Counted from the stretch's first letter, positions 42,950-54,395 are shown. The stretch is 64,000 bases of DNA from an uncultured Spirochaetota bacterium (GCA_963734495.1 CAVTHK010000013.1:384001-448000); one strand, 5' to 3'. The notes: generated by a model not told the origin, from the sequence alone. Numbers and translations are program-made.

Positions 42950-45428
42950 TCAGCGCGCGTCCGCGTCTTCGCGCTGGTGCCGCTGGATCTCCGGCGAGCT
43001 GCGGCAGGTCCCGAACGGGCTCTTCGTGATCCAGTTGTCGACCGGCTCCTTCGCCCTGATCGCCCTCCAGACGTCCTCGAAGCGGATGGGCATGTGCGTG
43101 AGCTCCGCGCCGACCGCCTGCTGGATCGCGTTGCCCAGGGCGGGCGCCACCGAGATCATCGGGTGCTCACCGACGCCGCGCGCGCCGAAGGGGCCGTCGA
43201 GCTGCGGCGTCTCCACCGCGTAGCTCTCGATCTCGAGCGGCATGTCCTTCGCCGTGGGGATCTTGTTGTCGGTAAAGCTCGGGTTCAGGAGGTGCCCCTC
43301 GCGGTCGTAGATGTAGCCCTCGCAGGTCGCGGTCCCGAGGCCCTGGATCATGCCGCCGATCGCCTGGCCGCGCACGACCTCGGGGTTGATCACCTTGCCC
43401 ACGTCGAAGACGCTCGCCACCTTGAGCACGTTGTACTCGCCCGTCTCGGGGTGCACCTCCACGATGACGCCGTGGGCGCCATAGGTCCAGTCGAGCGCGG
43501 GGAGCCCCTGGCCCGTCTCCTTGTCGAGGTTCGTCAGCCCCTGCGCGATGTAGCGGCCCACGCCGATCAGAGGTCCGCCGATCGAGCGGCCGTCGGGGAA
43601 CGGGTAGCCGACGGCCAGCTGCCGGAACGTGACCGACTGCTCCGGGTCGTGGCGCACGTAGACCCGCTCGTCGTCGTGCTCGAGGTCGATCGCGCTCGCG
43701 CGCAGCGCCTGCGCCGCAACATCGAACGCCCGCGCCAGCAGGTCGCGGGCCGCGAGCACCACCGCGTTGCCGCTGAGGATGAGCCCCTTGGAAGCCACCG
43801 TCTGCCAGTCGTAAGGCTCGCGATCGGTGTCTGTTTCGACCGCGATCTTGACCCGCTCGAGCGGAAACCCGAGCGCCTCGGCCGCGATCTGGCGCAGCGC
43901 GGTGTAGCTCCCCTGCCCGATCTCGGTGAGCGCGACGTTCACCATGACCGACGCGTCCTCGTTCATCTTCATGACGACCGCGGTCGCGGTGAACGTGGGC
44001 ATCGCCGGCGCCTTGTGCAGCGCCGCCACCCCCTTGCCGATCTTCCAGCCGGTGCGCTTTTCCCGCGCGCGCTCCTCCGCCGTGAGCCTCCCGTAGCCGA
44101 TCGCCTCGGCGGCCGTGTCGAGGCACTTCGTGACGTTGCCCGTGCTCTCGCGGATGACCTCGCCCGTGAGCGTGACCGAGCCCGGGCGCAGCAGGTTCTT
44201 CCGGCGGAACTCCAGCGGGTCCATGCCGATCGCGTGCGCGACGAGCTCCATGTGGCGCTCGATGCCCCAGTGGAACTCGACGTGGCCGAAGCCGCGGTAG
44301 GCCGTGCCGAACGGCTTGTTGGTGTAGATCGTGTACGCGTCCAGCCAGGCGTTGGGGATCTCGTACGGGCCGGAGCCCGAGTAGCCGGAGGCGCGCGTGA
44401 CGTTCACCGCGTAGTCGGCGTAGGCGCCCGCGTCCCAGTACATGGTCATCGCCTGAGCCAGGATCTTCCCGTCCTTCGACACGCCGGTCTTGATGCGGTA
44501 GGTGAGCCCGCTCCGGCAGGGCAGGAGGCTGAACTCCTCCTCGCGCGTGGCCTGCATCTTGACCGGCCGGCCGCCGGCGCGGCGCGAGAGGACGGCGGCC
44601 AGCGGCTCGACCCCGATGCCGGCCTTGCCGCCGAAGCCGCCGCCGACGTAGGGGACGATCACGCGGACCTGGGAATGCGCGAGGCGGAACGCATGGCAGA
44701 AGAGGTTGCGCACCGTGAACGGGGACTGCGCGCTCGTCCAGATGGTGACCTGGTCGCCGCTCTTCCACTCCACGATCGCGACGTGGGTCTCCATGGGCAC
44801 GTGCTGGACCGAAGGGTTGGTGTACTCGCGCTCGATGATCCACTCGCTCGCGGCAAAGCCCTTCTCCACGTCGCCCTTGCGCAGCTTGGTGTGGTTGCCG
44901 ATGTTGGTGCCCGGCTTCGGGCGTAAAGGCCGGCTTGAAGTACTCGTACTCCCCGAGCTTCGGGTGCACGAGGGGCGCCCCTGGCTTGAGCGCGTCCATG
45001 TGGTGGAGGACCGGCGGCAGCACCTCGTACTCGACGTCGATCAGGTCCACGGCCCGGCGCGCGATCTCCAGGGAGTCCGCCGCGACCGCGGCGACCGCTT
45101 CGCCGTAGTGGCGCACCTCGCCCTTTGCGAGCACGTACTTGTCGACGATGTAGAGGCCGACGCGGATGTCGAGCTCGTCGCCGGTCACGACGGCGCGCAC
45201 TCCCGCGAGCGCTTTCGCGCGGGAAGTGTCGACGCGCACGATGCGCGCCCGCGCGTGCGGGCTCTTCTTGACCTGCGCGTGCAGCATGCCCGGCAGGATC
45301 ATGTCGCTCACGTAGCGGGCGTCGCCGGTGAGCTTCTCGCGCGCGTCCGTGCGGGCCGTCGCCTTGCCGACGTGCCGGAGGGCAGGCGCCGCGGCCGTGG
45401 TTTCGGGGACTTTTCGTGCCCTAGGCAT
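42950..45428 (-). CDS. xanthine dehydrogenase family molybdopterin-binding subunit, one frameshift near 44920
   Basis: KLTGDARYVSD, VGGGFGGK, AYRGFG and GARGVGE motifs. Confidence 0.93.
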
Positions 45429-45927
45429 GCTTCAGCTCCCCTTTCGCGCCCGCGCCGGCGGGCGCCCCGCTCATCCGCGCGCTCGCGTCGAGGATCGATT
45501 CGACGATCTGCTGGTAGCCGGTGCAGCGGCAGAAGTTCCCCTCGATCCCCTCGATGACCTGCTCGCGCGTGGGCTTGGGGATGCGGCGCAGCAGGTCCTT
45601 CGCGACCATGATCATGCCGGGAGTGCAGAAGCCGCACTGCACCGCGTGGCCGCGGTCAAAGGCTTTCTGCAGCTCCGAGAGCTCGCCGTCCTTCGCCTCG
45701 CCTTCGATGGTCTCGATCTCCGAGCCGTCGACCTCGGCGGCCAGGACCAGGCAGGAGTTGACGATCCTGCCGTCGAGGATCACGGAGCAGGCGCCGCATT
45801 CGCCGGCGCCGCAGCCTTCCTTCGTGCCTGTCAGGCCCACGTCCTCGCGCAGAAAGTGAAGGAGAGTCCGGTGATCGCTCACGTCCCGCTCGTAGAGCCC
45901 GCCGTTGATCTTTACTCTCACGCGCAT
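45421..45927 (-). CDS. xanthine dehydrogenase family 2Fe-2S subunit
   Basis: GCGAGECGAC, NSC, QCGFCTPG and CRCTGY motifs. Confidence 0.93.
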   Translation of the reverse strand: MRVRVKINGGLYERDVSDHRTLLHFLREDVGLTGTKEGCGAGECGACSVILDGRIVNSCLVLAAEVDGSEIETIEGEAKDGELSELQKAFDRGHAVQCGFCTPGMIMVAKDLLRRIPKPTREQVIEGIEGNFCRCTGYQQIVESILDASARMSGAPAGAGAKGELKHA

Positions 45928-46759
45928 CAGTCGTGCCTCCCGGGAGCGGTGGTCTCGAGCAGCCGCCGGATGAACACGTTGACCATGAACGCGCGGTACT
46001 CCTTTGTGCACCGCACGTCGTCGATCGGGCTGATGCGGGCCTGCGCCTCGGCCTCGATCTCCTCCACGGGCGCGTTTTCGGCGAAGTCCCTGAGGAGCAT
46101 CGGCGTGGGCGCGGCCGACCCGATGGCGAACCTGAGCACGCCGCCTTTCCTGAGCAGGGCCACCGTCACGATGCCAAGATCGTGGCCCTTGATGCGCTTG
46201 AGCTTGAGGTAGCCGCCCGCGGCCGTCCTGCATCTTCGCGGGTACGTAGAATCCTCTCGACGATCTCGTCGGGCGCGAGGACCGTCTTCTTGACGCCCTC
46301 GATGAAGCGCGCGAACGGGACGCGGCGCGAGCCGCGCTTCGACACGATCTCGACCTCCGCCTCGTAGCAGAGCAGCGGCCCGGAAAGGTCGCCGCACGGC
46401 GAGGCGGTGACGATGTTGCCGGCGACGGTGGCGCGGTTGCGCAGCGCGTGGGTGGCAAGCTCTGACGCGGCGGTATGGAGAAGCTGGTAGTGGCGGCTCA
46501 CGGCCTCGAGCGCGAGCAGCTCGCCCACCGTGACGCAGCCGCCGATCGAGAGGCCCTGCTTCGCGTCGTAGCCCAGCTCGCGCAGCGGCGCGATCCCCTT
46601 GAGGTCGACGACCACCTCGGGGCTGCCAAGCCCCGCCCGCAGCTCGACGAGCAGGTCGGTGCCGCCCGCGAGCGGCCGCGCACGCGGGCCGCTCGCGGCG
46701 AGCAGATCGAGCGCCTCCTCGAGCCGCGCGGGACGCCGATACGTGAACGAGCTCAGCAT
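45927..46759 (-). CDS. xanthine dehydrogenase family FAD-binding subunit, frameshifted
   Basis: LAGGTDL, RNRATVAGNI and PIDDVR motifs. Confidence 0.92.
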
Positions 46760-46932
46760 GCCTGCACCTCGCTCAGCTCCGGCCGCATCCGCCGGCCGGA
46801 AGGCTCGATTCTAGGTTCCGGCCCTTTCGCCTGTCAAGAAGAGCGCCGGTGCTCTCCGGTGCTCGGCCCGGCGCGGCGCCCGCCCTCGTCCGCCCTTGCG
46901 CGCCGTGAGCGCGCGCTCTATCCTCCGCGGGC

Positions 46933-47500
46933 ATGGCCGACGTGGACTGCGTGCTGCTCGCCGCGGGCGCCTCGGTGCGCATGGGGCGCTGGAAGCCGCT
47001 GCTGCCGTGGCGCGGCGCCACGGTCGTGGAGGCGAGCGTCGCCGCGGCCCTCGGCGCCTGCTCGCGGGTGCTGCTCGTCGTCGGCCACCGCGGCGACGAG
47101 CTCGGCCGGCTCTTCGCCGGCCGCGAGCGCGTGGAGATCGTGCACAACCCCCGGTACGTCGCGGGCCTCTTCTCTTCGATCAGGACAGGGGTCGAGCGCG
47201 TGCGCTCGCCGCGGTTCTTCATCGCGCTGGCCGACATGCCGCTGGTGAAGCCCGAGCACTACCTCCGCGCTCCTCGCGGGGTCCGAAGCAGATGCCGTCC
47301 GGCCGGTCTACCGGGGCACGCGGGGCCATCCGGTCCTGCTGTCCGCGCGGGTCATCCCGCTGATCCAGGCGGAGAGCGAGGACAGCACCATGAGAAACGT
47401 CCTGGCCCGCGTCGAATGCCGGGACGTGCCGGTCGACGACCCCGGAGCGGTGCTCGACCTCGACGAGCCGGATGACTACGACCGGCTCTCCCGTCTCTGA
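46933..47500 (+). CDS. mocA: molybdenum cofactor cytidylyltransferase (MocA-like), frameshifted
   Basis: LAAGASVRMG.WKPLL, ALADMP, GHPVL and DLDEPDDY motifs; adjacent to the XDH genes. Confidence 0.8.
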
Positions 47501-47654
47501 CGGGCGGTTACCGTATCTTTCCGACACACCCATGCGCCGAATTGGCTTCACTGACTCGAATTGACACAATTTGCCGGTCGCGCCAGAAGATCCCCCGATG
47601 GCCGCCTTCAGCTTAATTCCTTTCATAAAAAGGGCTTAGTCGCAGGATGCAAAT

Positions 47655-47671
47655 TTGGCATGTTGCCTGCA
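47655..47671 (+). promoter_or_regulatory. sigma54 promoter of hsp20
   Basis: TTGGCATGTTGCCTGCA (GG-N10-GC); AT-rich tract at 47612-47640; palindrome AATTG-ACA-CAATT at 47559-47571. Confidence 0.6.
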
Positions 47672-47714
47672 TATACGTTTCCGGCAGACAACAGGAACTG
47701 CAGGAGGTACTGAA

Positions 47715-48142
47715 ATGACGAGCCTTGTGACCTATCGCCCCACTTCGATTCTGGCCAACATGGAGCGGGCGCTGGACAGCCTTTTCGACGACGGCTTCTT
47801 CGCGACCGAGAGCGGCGGCACCCGCGTCGACGTGCGCGAGGAGGAGGGCCGCTACGTGCTCGAGGCGGAGCTTCCCGGGCTGACCGAGAAAGACCTCGAA
47901 GTCAAGGTCGAGAACGACATGCTGACCCTGGCTTCCAGGAGCGAGACCGCGCGCGAGGAGAAGCGCAACGGGTACCTGCTCCGCGAGCGGAGCGCCCGCA
48001 GCTTCCGCCGCAGCTTCGTGCTGCCGCGCGACGTCGACCGCGAGCACATCCAGGCGCGGCTCGAGAACGGGCTGCTGGACCATGGAGCTGCCCGAAGACC
48101 GAGGCCGCCAGGCCGCGGCAGATCGAGGTGAAGAAGGCGTAA
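47715..48142 (+). CDS. Hsp20/alpha-crystallin small heat shock protein, frameshift near the C-terminus
   Basis: VDVRE…AELPG…RER…FRRSFVLP…ARLENGLL; C-terminal IEV motif. Confidence 0.92.
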
Positions 48143-48203
48143 GCGGAGAGCCTCGCCCTCCGACGCGATTGCGAAAAGTGCATCAAAGAAAGTAATGGTG
48201 AAG

Positions 48204-48234
48204 GGCCCCGGCCGACGCCGGGGCCTCTGTTTCT
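48204..48234 (+). terminator. intrinsic terminator after hsp20
   Basis: GGCCCCGGC-CGAC-GCCGGGGCC followed by TCTGTTTCT. Confidence 0.75.
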
Positions 48235-48322
48235 GGTGAGGGCGTCGGGTCGGTGGTGGGGCGGCGAGTGGGCACGCCGGCGATGCCCGAGGTATACTCG
48301 CGGCCGAAAGGCCGCCTTCCAG

Positions 48323-49258
48323 ATGACAAAAATGCGACTGCGCACTCTGTTCACCGCGATCCTGCTGGGGCTCGGCGCCGTGGCGGCGCCGTGGGCGCGC
48401 GGGACCGCGGACGCGGCCGAATGCCGGCCGCGGTTCACGGTCCCGCCGCGCGAGACCGGCACCGCCTATCTCGACTTCGCCGCCGCGGGGGACACCGGAT
48501 CGGGCAATGCCCGCCAGGCCGCGGTCGCGGCCTCGATGGCCGCGTACTCGTCGTCGAACCCGCTCGCTTTCGTGCTGCTGCTCGGCGACAACTTCTACGA
48601 GGACGGCGTCAAGTCCACCACCGACCCGCAGTGGCAGACCAAGTTCGAAAAGATGTACGACGCCGCGGCGCTGAACGTGCCGTTCTACGCGGTCCTCGGC
48701 AACCACGACTACAGGGAGAACGCGGAAGCTCAGGTCGACTACACAAAGGCCGCGCCGGGCTCGCGCTGGAGAATGCCCGCCCGCTACTACGGCGTGGGCT
48801 GCACGCTCGCCGACGGCTCGACCGTCGACCTGTTCGGGCTGGACACGAGCACCTGGGTCTCGGACGCCGCGCAGCGCCAATGGCTCGACCGGGCGCTGGA
48901 CGCGTCGACGGCCCGCTGGAAGATCGTGTTCGGCCATCACCCCGTGTACAGCAACGGGCACCACGGCAACAGCGCCGGCCTGATCGAGGCGCTGGCGCCC
49001 ATCCTCGCTCACCGCGCGGACGTCTACATCTCGGGGCACGACCACGACCTGCAGGTGCTGCAGCCCCAGGGCGGCGTCCGCTACCTGGTGAGCGGCGCCG
49101 GCTCGCGCCTCAGGCGGACCGGGTGCCGCGACGACACGTTGTACGCCGCGAGCAGGCTGGGGTTCACGGCCTTTCGCGTCTCGCGGCGCGAGATGTCGAT
49201 CTTCGTCGTCCTCGAAGGCGGCGCGGTCGACTACTGCCTTACGATCAGCAAGCCCTGA
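48323..49258 (+). CDS. secreted metallophosphoesterase (purple/tartrate-resistant acid phosphatase-like)
   Basis: GDTG, GDNFY, GNHDY, GHHP and GHDH motifs; signal peptide. Confidence 0.92.
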   Translation: MTKMRLRTLFTAILLGLGAVAAPWARGTADAAECRPRFTVPPRETGTAYLDFAAAGDTGSGNARQAAVAASMAAYSSSNPLAFVLLLGDNFYEDGVKSTTDPQWQTKFEKMYDAAALNVPFYAVLGNHDYRENAEAQVDYTKAAPGSRWRMPARYYGVGCTLADGSTVDLFGLDTSTWVSDAAQRQWLDRALDASTARWKIVFGHHPVYSNGHHGNSAGLIEALAPILAHRADVYISGHDHDLQVLQPQGGVRYLVSGAGSRLRRTGCRDDTLYAASRLGFTAFRVSRREMSIFVVLEGGAVDYCLTISKP

Positions 49259-49422
49259 CGCGGGCGCGCGCTCAACCCGCGGCAGCGAGGCGCCCCGTCC
49301 TCGCGCGCCCTTCGACACCTGTAACGGCCCGTGAAACATCCGCGGAACGGTCGCGCAACGTCCCTCCCCTATGCTGACCGTGTCCCTTGAGGGACGCGGA
49401 ATCTGCGGGGCAGGAGGGCCGT

Positions 49423-49899
49423 ATGAAGACGACACGGCTTCTGGCGTCGTGCCTGCTGGTCGTGCTTGCGCTGCTCGCGGGCTGCGCGACGACGGGCAAG
49501 GGGAATCCGGACGAGTTCGCGGCGTTCGTGAAGTCGACCTGGGACAAGTACAGCGCGTACATGGTCGCGGGGGACGCCGAGAACTGGATCGCGCTCTGGG
49601 ACGAGGAGGGCGTGCAGCTCCCGCCGGGCGCGCCGATGGTGGTCGGCAAGCCGGCCATCAGGAAGGCGATCGACGCGTCGTATGGGTCCATGAACTGGCA
49701 GACCTTCGTGATCCAGGTCTCCGGCACGTTCGTGGATCACGATCTCGGCTTCGCCTACGGCAACTACAAGTTCACGGTGCAACCCAAAGCGGGCGGGCCG
49801 AAGGTCCTCGGGGACGGGAAGTACGAGACGATCTTCAGGAAGCAGGCGGACGGCTCCTGGAGGATCTTCCGCGACTGCTTCAACTCCAACGTGCCGTAG
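49423..49899 (+). CDS. SnoaL/NTF2-like (DUF4440) lipoprotein
   Basis: Lipobox LAGC; DGKYETIFRKQADGSWRIFRDCFNSN. Confidence 0.85.
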   Translation: MKTTRLLASCLLVVLALLAGCATTGKGNPDEFAAFVKSTWDKYSAYMVAGDAENWIALWDEEGVQLPPGAPMVVGKPAIRKAIDASYGSMNWQTFVIQVSGTFVDHDLGFAYGNYKFTVQPKAGGPKVLGDGKYETIFRKQADGSWRIFRDCFNSNVP

Positions 49900-50049
49900 G
49901 CCGGAGCGCGCGGCCTCGGGCCGACGATCGTTCGCGGCGAGCCCCGCCAGCGTGTCGGGCCGGCGGGGCTGCCGTGTCCCGCGCTGAGAGTCGCGGGGAG
50001 ACTGCCGTTTGCACTATGATCGGGGGAGAATCCGCGAACGGAGTCGGCC

Positions 50050-50446
50050 ATGGAAGAGATTGAAGTGATCTGGCGGGCGTACGAGAAGTCGCGTGATGGA
50101 ATCCGACATCGAGAGGTGGATTTCGCTCTGGGACGCCGAGGGCGTGCAGCTCCCGCCCGATGCGCCGGCCCTTCACGGGACCGCCGAGATCCGGTCCGTG
50201 ATCGGACCGTGGATGGCGAAGAACAGGGCGAGGATGAGCAGCATCCGGGCCGTCATCACGAGCGAGGAGACGCAGGCCTCCGGCAACTGGGCCTTCTCGA
50301 GCGGCTCGTACACCTTTTGGATGCAGCCCCGGTCCGGCGGTCCGCCCGAGATCACCGACGGCAAGTTCCTCACGGTGTTCCGCAGGCAGCCCGACGGGTC
50401 GTGGAAGATCCGGCGGGACTGCTTCAACTCGAACGTCCCCCGATAG
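50050..50446 (+). CDS. SnoaL/NTF2-like (DUF4440) protein without a signal peptide, frameshift near 50090
   Basis: WISLWDAEGVQLPP…GKFLTVFRRQPDGSWKIRRDCFNSN; paralog of the upstream gene. Confidence 0.8.
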
Positions 50447-50491
50447 CGCGGCCGGGTGCGGGCTGCGGCGCCGGGCGCCGTCGGGCGCCGG

Positions 50492-51724
50492 CTACCTGGG
50501 CGCGGCCGCCGCTTCGCGCGCTCGCGCCGGCGCCGGCAGCGTCATCGCGAACACCGACGAGCAGAGCCCGAAGAACGCGGCGATGCTGAAGAGCGCCGCG
50601 GTCCCGAGCACCTCCCAGAGCAGCCCGCCCGCCACCGCGATCACGATGCTCACGAGGTGGTTGATCGAGGTGCCGGTCGACAGCGTCGAGGTCACCTCGT
50701 CCTGGCTCGCCGAAAGCGACTTGACGTAGAGCGCCCTCGCCATGCCCACGGCAAAGAGCAGCGCGTCGATCACGAAGACGATGCTCGTGACCGCGTAGGC
50801 GACCGGCTGCGGGAGCACGCGCCCGGCGAACCCGTAGCAGAGGCAGACCGGGATCTGCAGCAGCGCGTCGATCACGATGATCTTCTTGTAGCCGACGCGG
50901 TCCATGAGCCTGCCGAGCGCGGGCCCGAAGGCGATGTTGCCCAGCGACGTGATCCCATTGAGCGAGGAGATGAGGGCGGGCCCGGCCCCGTAGCTCATGA
51001 TGAGCACGTAGGGGGCGAACGTGAAGAACACCTGCTTGCGCGCTCCGAAGAAGGTCTCGAGCAGGTAGTACTTGAGGAACTTCCGCTGGAACGTCAGGCG
51101 CTCGCGCCGGACGTAGCCCCCGCGGTCCTTGAGCGCGGTAAAGAGCAGCAGCGCGGCCGCGAGAACCAGCGCGCCCGCGGTGAAGATCGCGGCGTACGGC
51201 GCGAACGCACCGGCGCGAGGCCACGCGACGCCCACGAGGAGCAGCAGGAGCGGCACGAGGTAGTAGCCGGTGACCGTGCCCACGTTGCTCAGGCTGCTGA
51301 CCCCTCCCATGGCGAGCCCCTCCTGGCCGGGGTCCGCGATGTGGATGGCCATCGACTGCCGCAGCGGCATCAGCAGGTGCTCGCCGGTGCTCCAGAGCAC
51401 GATCAGGATCACGGCCGGCGCGCGGACCGTGCCGGTGAGGGCGAGCCCGACGAGGCCGACCAGAGACACGAGGAGCGCGACGTACATGATGCGCAGCTCC
51501 GACAGGCGGTAAAGCGCGGCCACCAGCACGAACAGCAGCAGCCCCGGCAGCTCCCTCGGGAACTCGACGATCCCGCGCTCGACGCGGGTGATCTTGAGGA
51601 TGTCGTAGAGGTAGTTGTTCAGGACGCCATTGAACAGCCCGGCGGCGATCCCGAAGATCATCATGCCGGACAGGAATATCCGCGTCTCGGGTTTCTCGAG
51701 GAGCGGCTTGAAGCGGCGCAGCAT
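50492..51724 (-). CDS. MFS transporter
   Basis: Intact 410-aa hydrophobic ORF; RELPGLL, GARKQVF and GRLMDRVG motifs. Confidence 0.88.
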   Translation of the reverse strand: MLRRFKPLLEKPETRIFLSGMMIFGIAAGLFNGVLNNYLYDILKITRVERGIVEFPRELPGLLLFVLVAALYRLSELRIMYVALLVSLVGLVGLALTGTVRAPAVILIVLWSTGEHLLMPLRQSMAIHIADPGQEGLAMGGVSSLSNVGTVTGYYLVPLLLLLVGVAWPRAGAFAPYAAIFTAGALVLAAALLLFTALKDRGGYVRRERLTFQRKFLKYYLLETFFGARKQVFFTFAPYVLIMSYGAGPALISSLNGITSLGNIAFGPALGRLMDRVGYKKIIVIDALLQIPVCLCYGFAGRVLPQPVAYAVTSIVFVIDALLFAVGMARALYVKSLSASQDEVTSTLSTGTSINHLVSIVIAVAGGLLWEVLGTAALFSIAAFFGLCSSVFAMTLPAPARAREAAAAPR

Positions 51725-51737
51725 TTCGACCTCGGCC

Positions 51738-53055
51738 TCAGAGCCGCACGCCGGACTCGCGCAGGCGCGTCTGGATCTCCGCGACGTCGAGGGAGCGCGG
51801 CTCGACGCCCTTGCGCGCCGCCAGCGCCGCAGCCGTGCCCGCGGCCTGACCGAGGTCCATCATGTTGCCCATGCTCTTGCCCGCGGCCTGACCGAGCTGG
51901 GTCGTGGACGCGCAGCGGCCCGCCACCAGCAGCCCGTCGATGCGGCGCGGCAGCAGCGAGCGGTACGGGTAGGCGTGCCCGGACTTCATCGCGCCGCGCA
52001 GGTCCTTTCCGGTCTTGAGCCCTCCCGGGATCCACGGCGCCGTAGCGGCGCGCGACGCGGTCCGGGAACTCCGGCCCCGCAGCCGCGTCCTCGAGCGTGA
52101 GCACGTACTCGCCGACGATCCTGCGCGTCTCGCGCACGCCGACGGCAGCGCCGGTGCGCACGAGCGAGCAGCGCTCCAGCCCCGGCAGCCGCTGCGCGCG
52201 CGCGAAGCGGGCAAAGTCGATCGCGACCCGGATGTCGGCGCGCTCGGCGATCGTGAGGTCCGCGGGGTCCGCGCCGTCGATGATGCCGATGTCCTTCATC
52301 CCGCCGTTGTTCACGGACACGACCCCGGGGACCGTCGTGCGGTCAAAGGAGTACCACTCCGAGACGGTGTAGCCCTCGCGCTCGGCCCGCGCGATCGCGG
52401 CCTGCAGCGGCTCCCTGCCGGCGGCGATCCATGCGAAGAGCCGCTCCTCGTCGACGCCGGCCAGCGCGAAGCCCAGGGTCACGGGCATGAAGCGGCCGTC
52501 CTCGCCTCCCGCGGCCATCTCCGCGCCGGCGAGCATCGCGACGTCGCCGTCGCCGGTCGCATCGACGGTGACCACCGCGCGGAACTCGTGCCGCGCGCCC
52601 TTGAAGCTCGTGGCCACGCCGACCACGCGATCGCCCGTCTTGAGGACTTCGGTCACGGGGCTGTAGAGGCGATAGGCGCACCCGTGCTCCTCGAGCAGCT
52701 CGAAGACGGCGAGCCTGAGGAAGTCAGGGTGAATATGAAGGCCGTCGCCGTCCACCCACGTCCGCTTGCCTTCGCGGCTCGCCTCCTCGCCGAAAGAGCG
52801 CACCTTGGCCACGAAGAGCTCGTGCACGCCGCCGCGGCTGCCGCCGTCGAGCAGGAGCCGGTTCATCGGCATCCACAGCGAGGTCGACGCGACGCCGCCG
52901 AAGCAGCTCCTCGCCTCCAGCAGCAGCGTGCGCGCGCCCATGCGCGCGGCCGCGACGGCCGCCCCGATCCCCGCGGGCCCGCCGCCGGCGACGACCACGT
53001 CGTAGTCCGCGGACCCGCGCGGGACGCTCCGCTCGACCTCTGCCCGTTTCACCAT
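51738..53055 (-). CDS. FAD-dependent oxidoreductase (FAD_oxidored family), frameshifted
   Basis: VVAGGGPAG, VDATGDGD, GVRETRR and PYRSLLP..IDGLLVAGRC motifs. Confidence 0.9.
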
Positions 53056-53084
53056 GTTCCGCTCCTTCTGCGCGCGCCCGGGGC

Positions 53085-54296
53085 TCAGTCCGCGATGGCC
53101 TGATACGTCGTGGCGCGGAAGTCCGCCACGGTCGGGAAGAGCCCGCCGGGCTGGTGCTGCGCCATGAGGATGCCGATGAGCTGCTCGCGCGGGTCGACCC
53201 AGAAGTAGGTGCCGGCCGCGCCGGACCATCCGAACTCCCCGACGGACCCCGCGGTCTGCGCCTGCGCCGGGTCCATCATCACGCGCATTCCGAGCCCGTA
53301 GCCCCAGCCCGGGGCGGCGCGGCCGCCGTTCTCGTACGGCAGGAGGGCGGCGGCGAGGTGGTTGGCGGTCATCAGCTCGATCGTCTTGCGGCCGAGGACG
53401 CGAGCCCCGTCGAGCTCGCCGCCTTCGAGCAGCATGCGCGCGAAGCGCAGGTAGTCCCGCGCGCTGGACACCAGCCCCGTTCCGCCGCGGAAGATCTCGT
53501 GCGGCGCGGACTGCGGGCTGTCGCGCGGGCCCGCGACCAGCCGGTTTTCGCCGGCGAGCGCGCGCTCCGACAGCAGCCGGCCGAGCGAATCGCTCCTGGC
53601 CAGATCGCCGGCGCCGTACATGGACACGAAGCGGTCGAGCTTCTCCTCGGGCACGAAGTACCCGGTGTCCAGCATGGCGAGCGGCCGCAGGATGGCCTTC
53701 GCGAGGTAGCGGTCGAGCCGCTCGCCGCTCACCACCTCGATCAGCCGGCCGACGACGTCATGGGCGACGCTGTAGCGAAACGCGGTCCCCGGCTGGAAGG
53801 CGAGCGGGAGCCGCCCGATGGCGGCGACGCACTCGGCGAGGGGCGCATCCAGAGGCAGCGCCTCGCGGTACATCTGCTCGACCGGGCCGTACTCGTTGTA
53901 GTGGTAGGTGAAGCCCGCGGTGTGCGTGAGCAGGTCGCGCACCGTTACGGGCCGCGCGGGCTCCACCAGGCGCGGGTCCGAGGCGGTCCCTCCCGCAAAG
54001 ACCTTGAGGCCCTGGAGCTCCGGGATCCACGTCGCGACCGGGTCCGCCAGCCGCACGAGCCCACGCTCGTAGAGCGTCATGAGGGCGACGCACGTGATCG
54101 GCTTGGTCATCGAGTACATGCGGAAGAGCGCGTCGGGCCGCATGGGCCGGCGCGCTTCGCGGTCCATCAGGCCGTAGCACTCTTCGTGCACGACCTCCCC
54201 GCGCCGCCAGACGAGCGTGATCGCCCCGGACAGGCGCGAGTCGCCGATGTGCTTTTCGATCGCCGGCCGTATGCGCTCGAGACGCGATGCGTCCAT
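53085..54296 (-). CDS. serine hydrolase, beta-lactamase family
   Basis: SMTK (SxxK), LLTHTAG, FRYS and WSGAAGT motifs. Confidence 0.92.
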   Translation of the reverse strand: MDASRLERIRPAIEKHIGDSRLSGAITLVWRRGEVVHEECYGLMDREARRPMRPDALFRMYSMTKPITCVALMTLYERGLVRLADPVATWIPELQGLKVFAGGTASDPRLVEPARPVTVRDLLTHTAGFTYHYNEYGPVEQMYREALPLDAPLAECVAAIGRLPLAFQPGTAFRYSVAHDVVGRLIEVVSGERLDRYLAKAILRPLAMLDTGYFVPEEKLDRFVSMYGAGDLARSDSLGRLLSERALAGENRLVAGPRDSPQSAPHEIFRGGTGLVSSARDYLRFARMLLEGGELDGARVLGRKTIELMTANHLAAALLPYENGGRAAPGWGYGLGMRVMMDPAQAQTAGSVGEFGWSGAAGTYFWVDPREQLIGILMAQHQPGGLFPTVADFRATTYQAIAD

Positions 54297-54395
54297 CCCC
54301 GAACGGGCGTGACGCGGCATTCCGCAGGCCTCCTCAGCAAGGACGGCCCACCGTAGCGCGAGCGGGGTGGACTGGTAAAGGCTCCCCGGTGAGCC

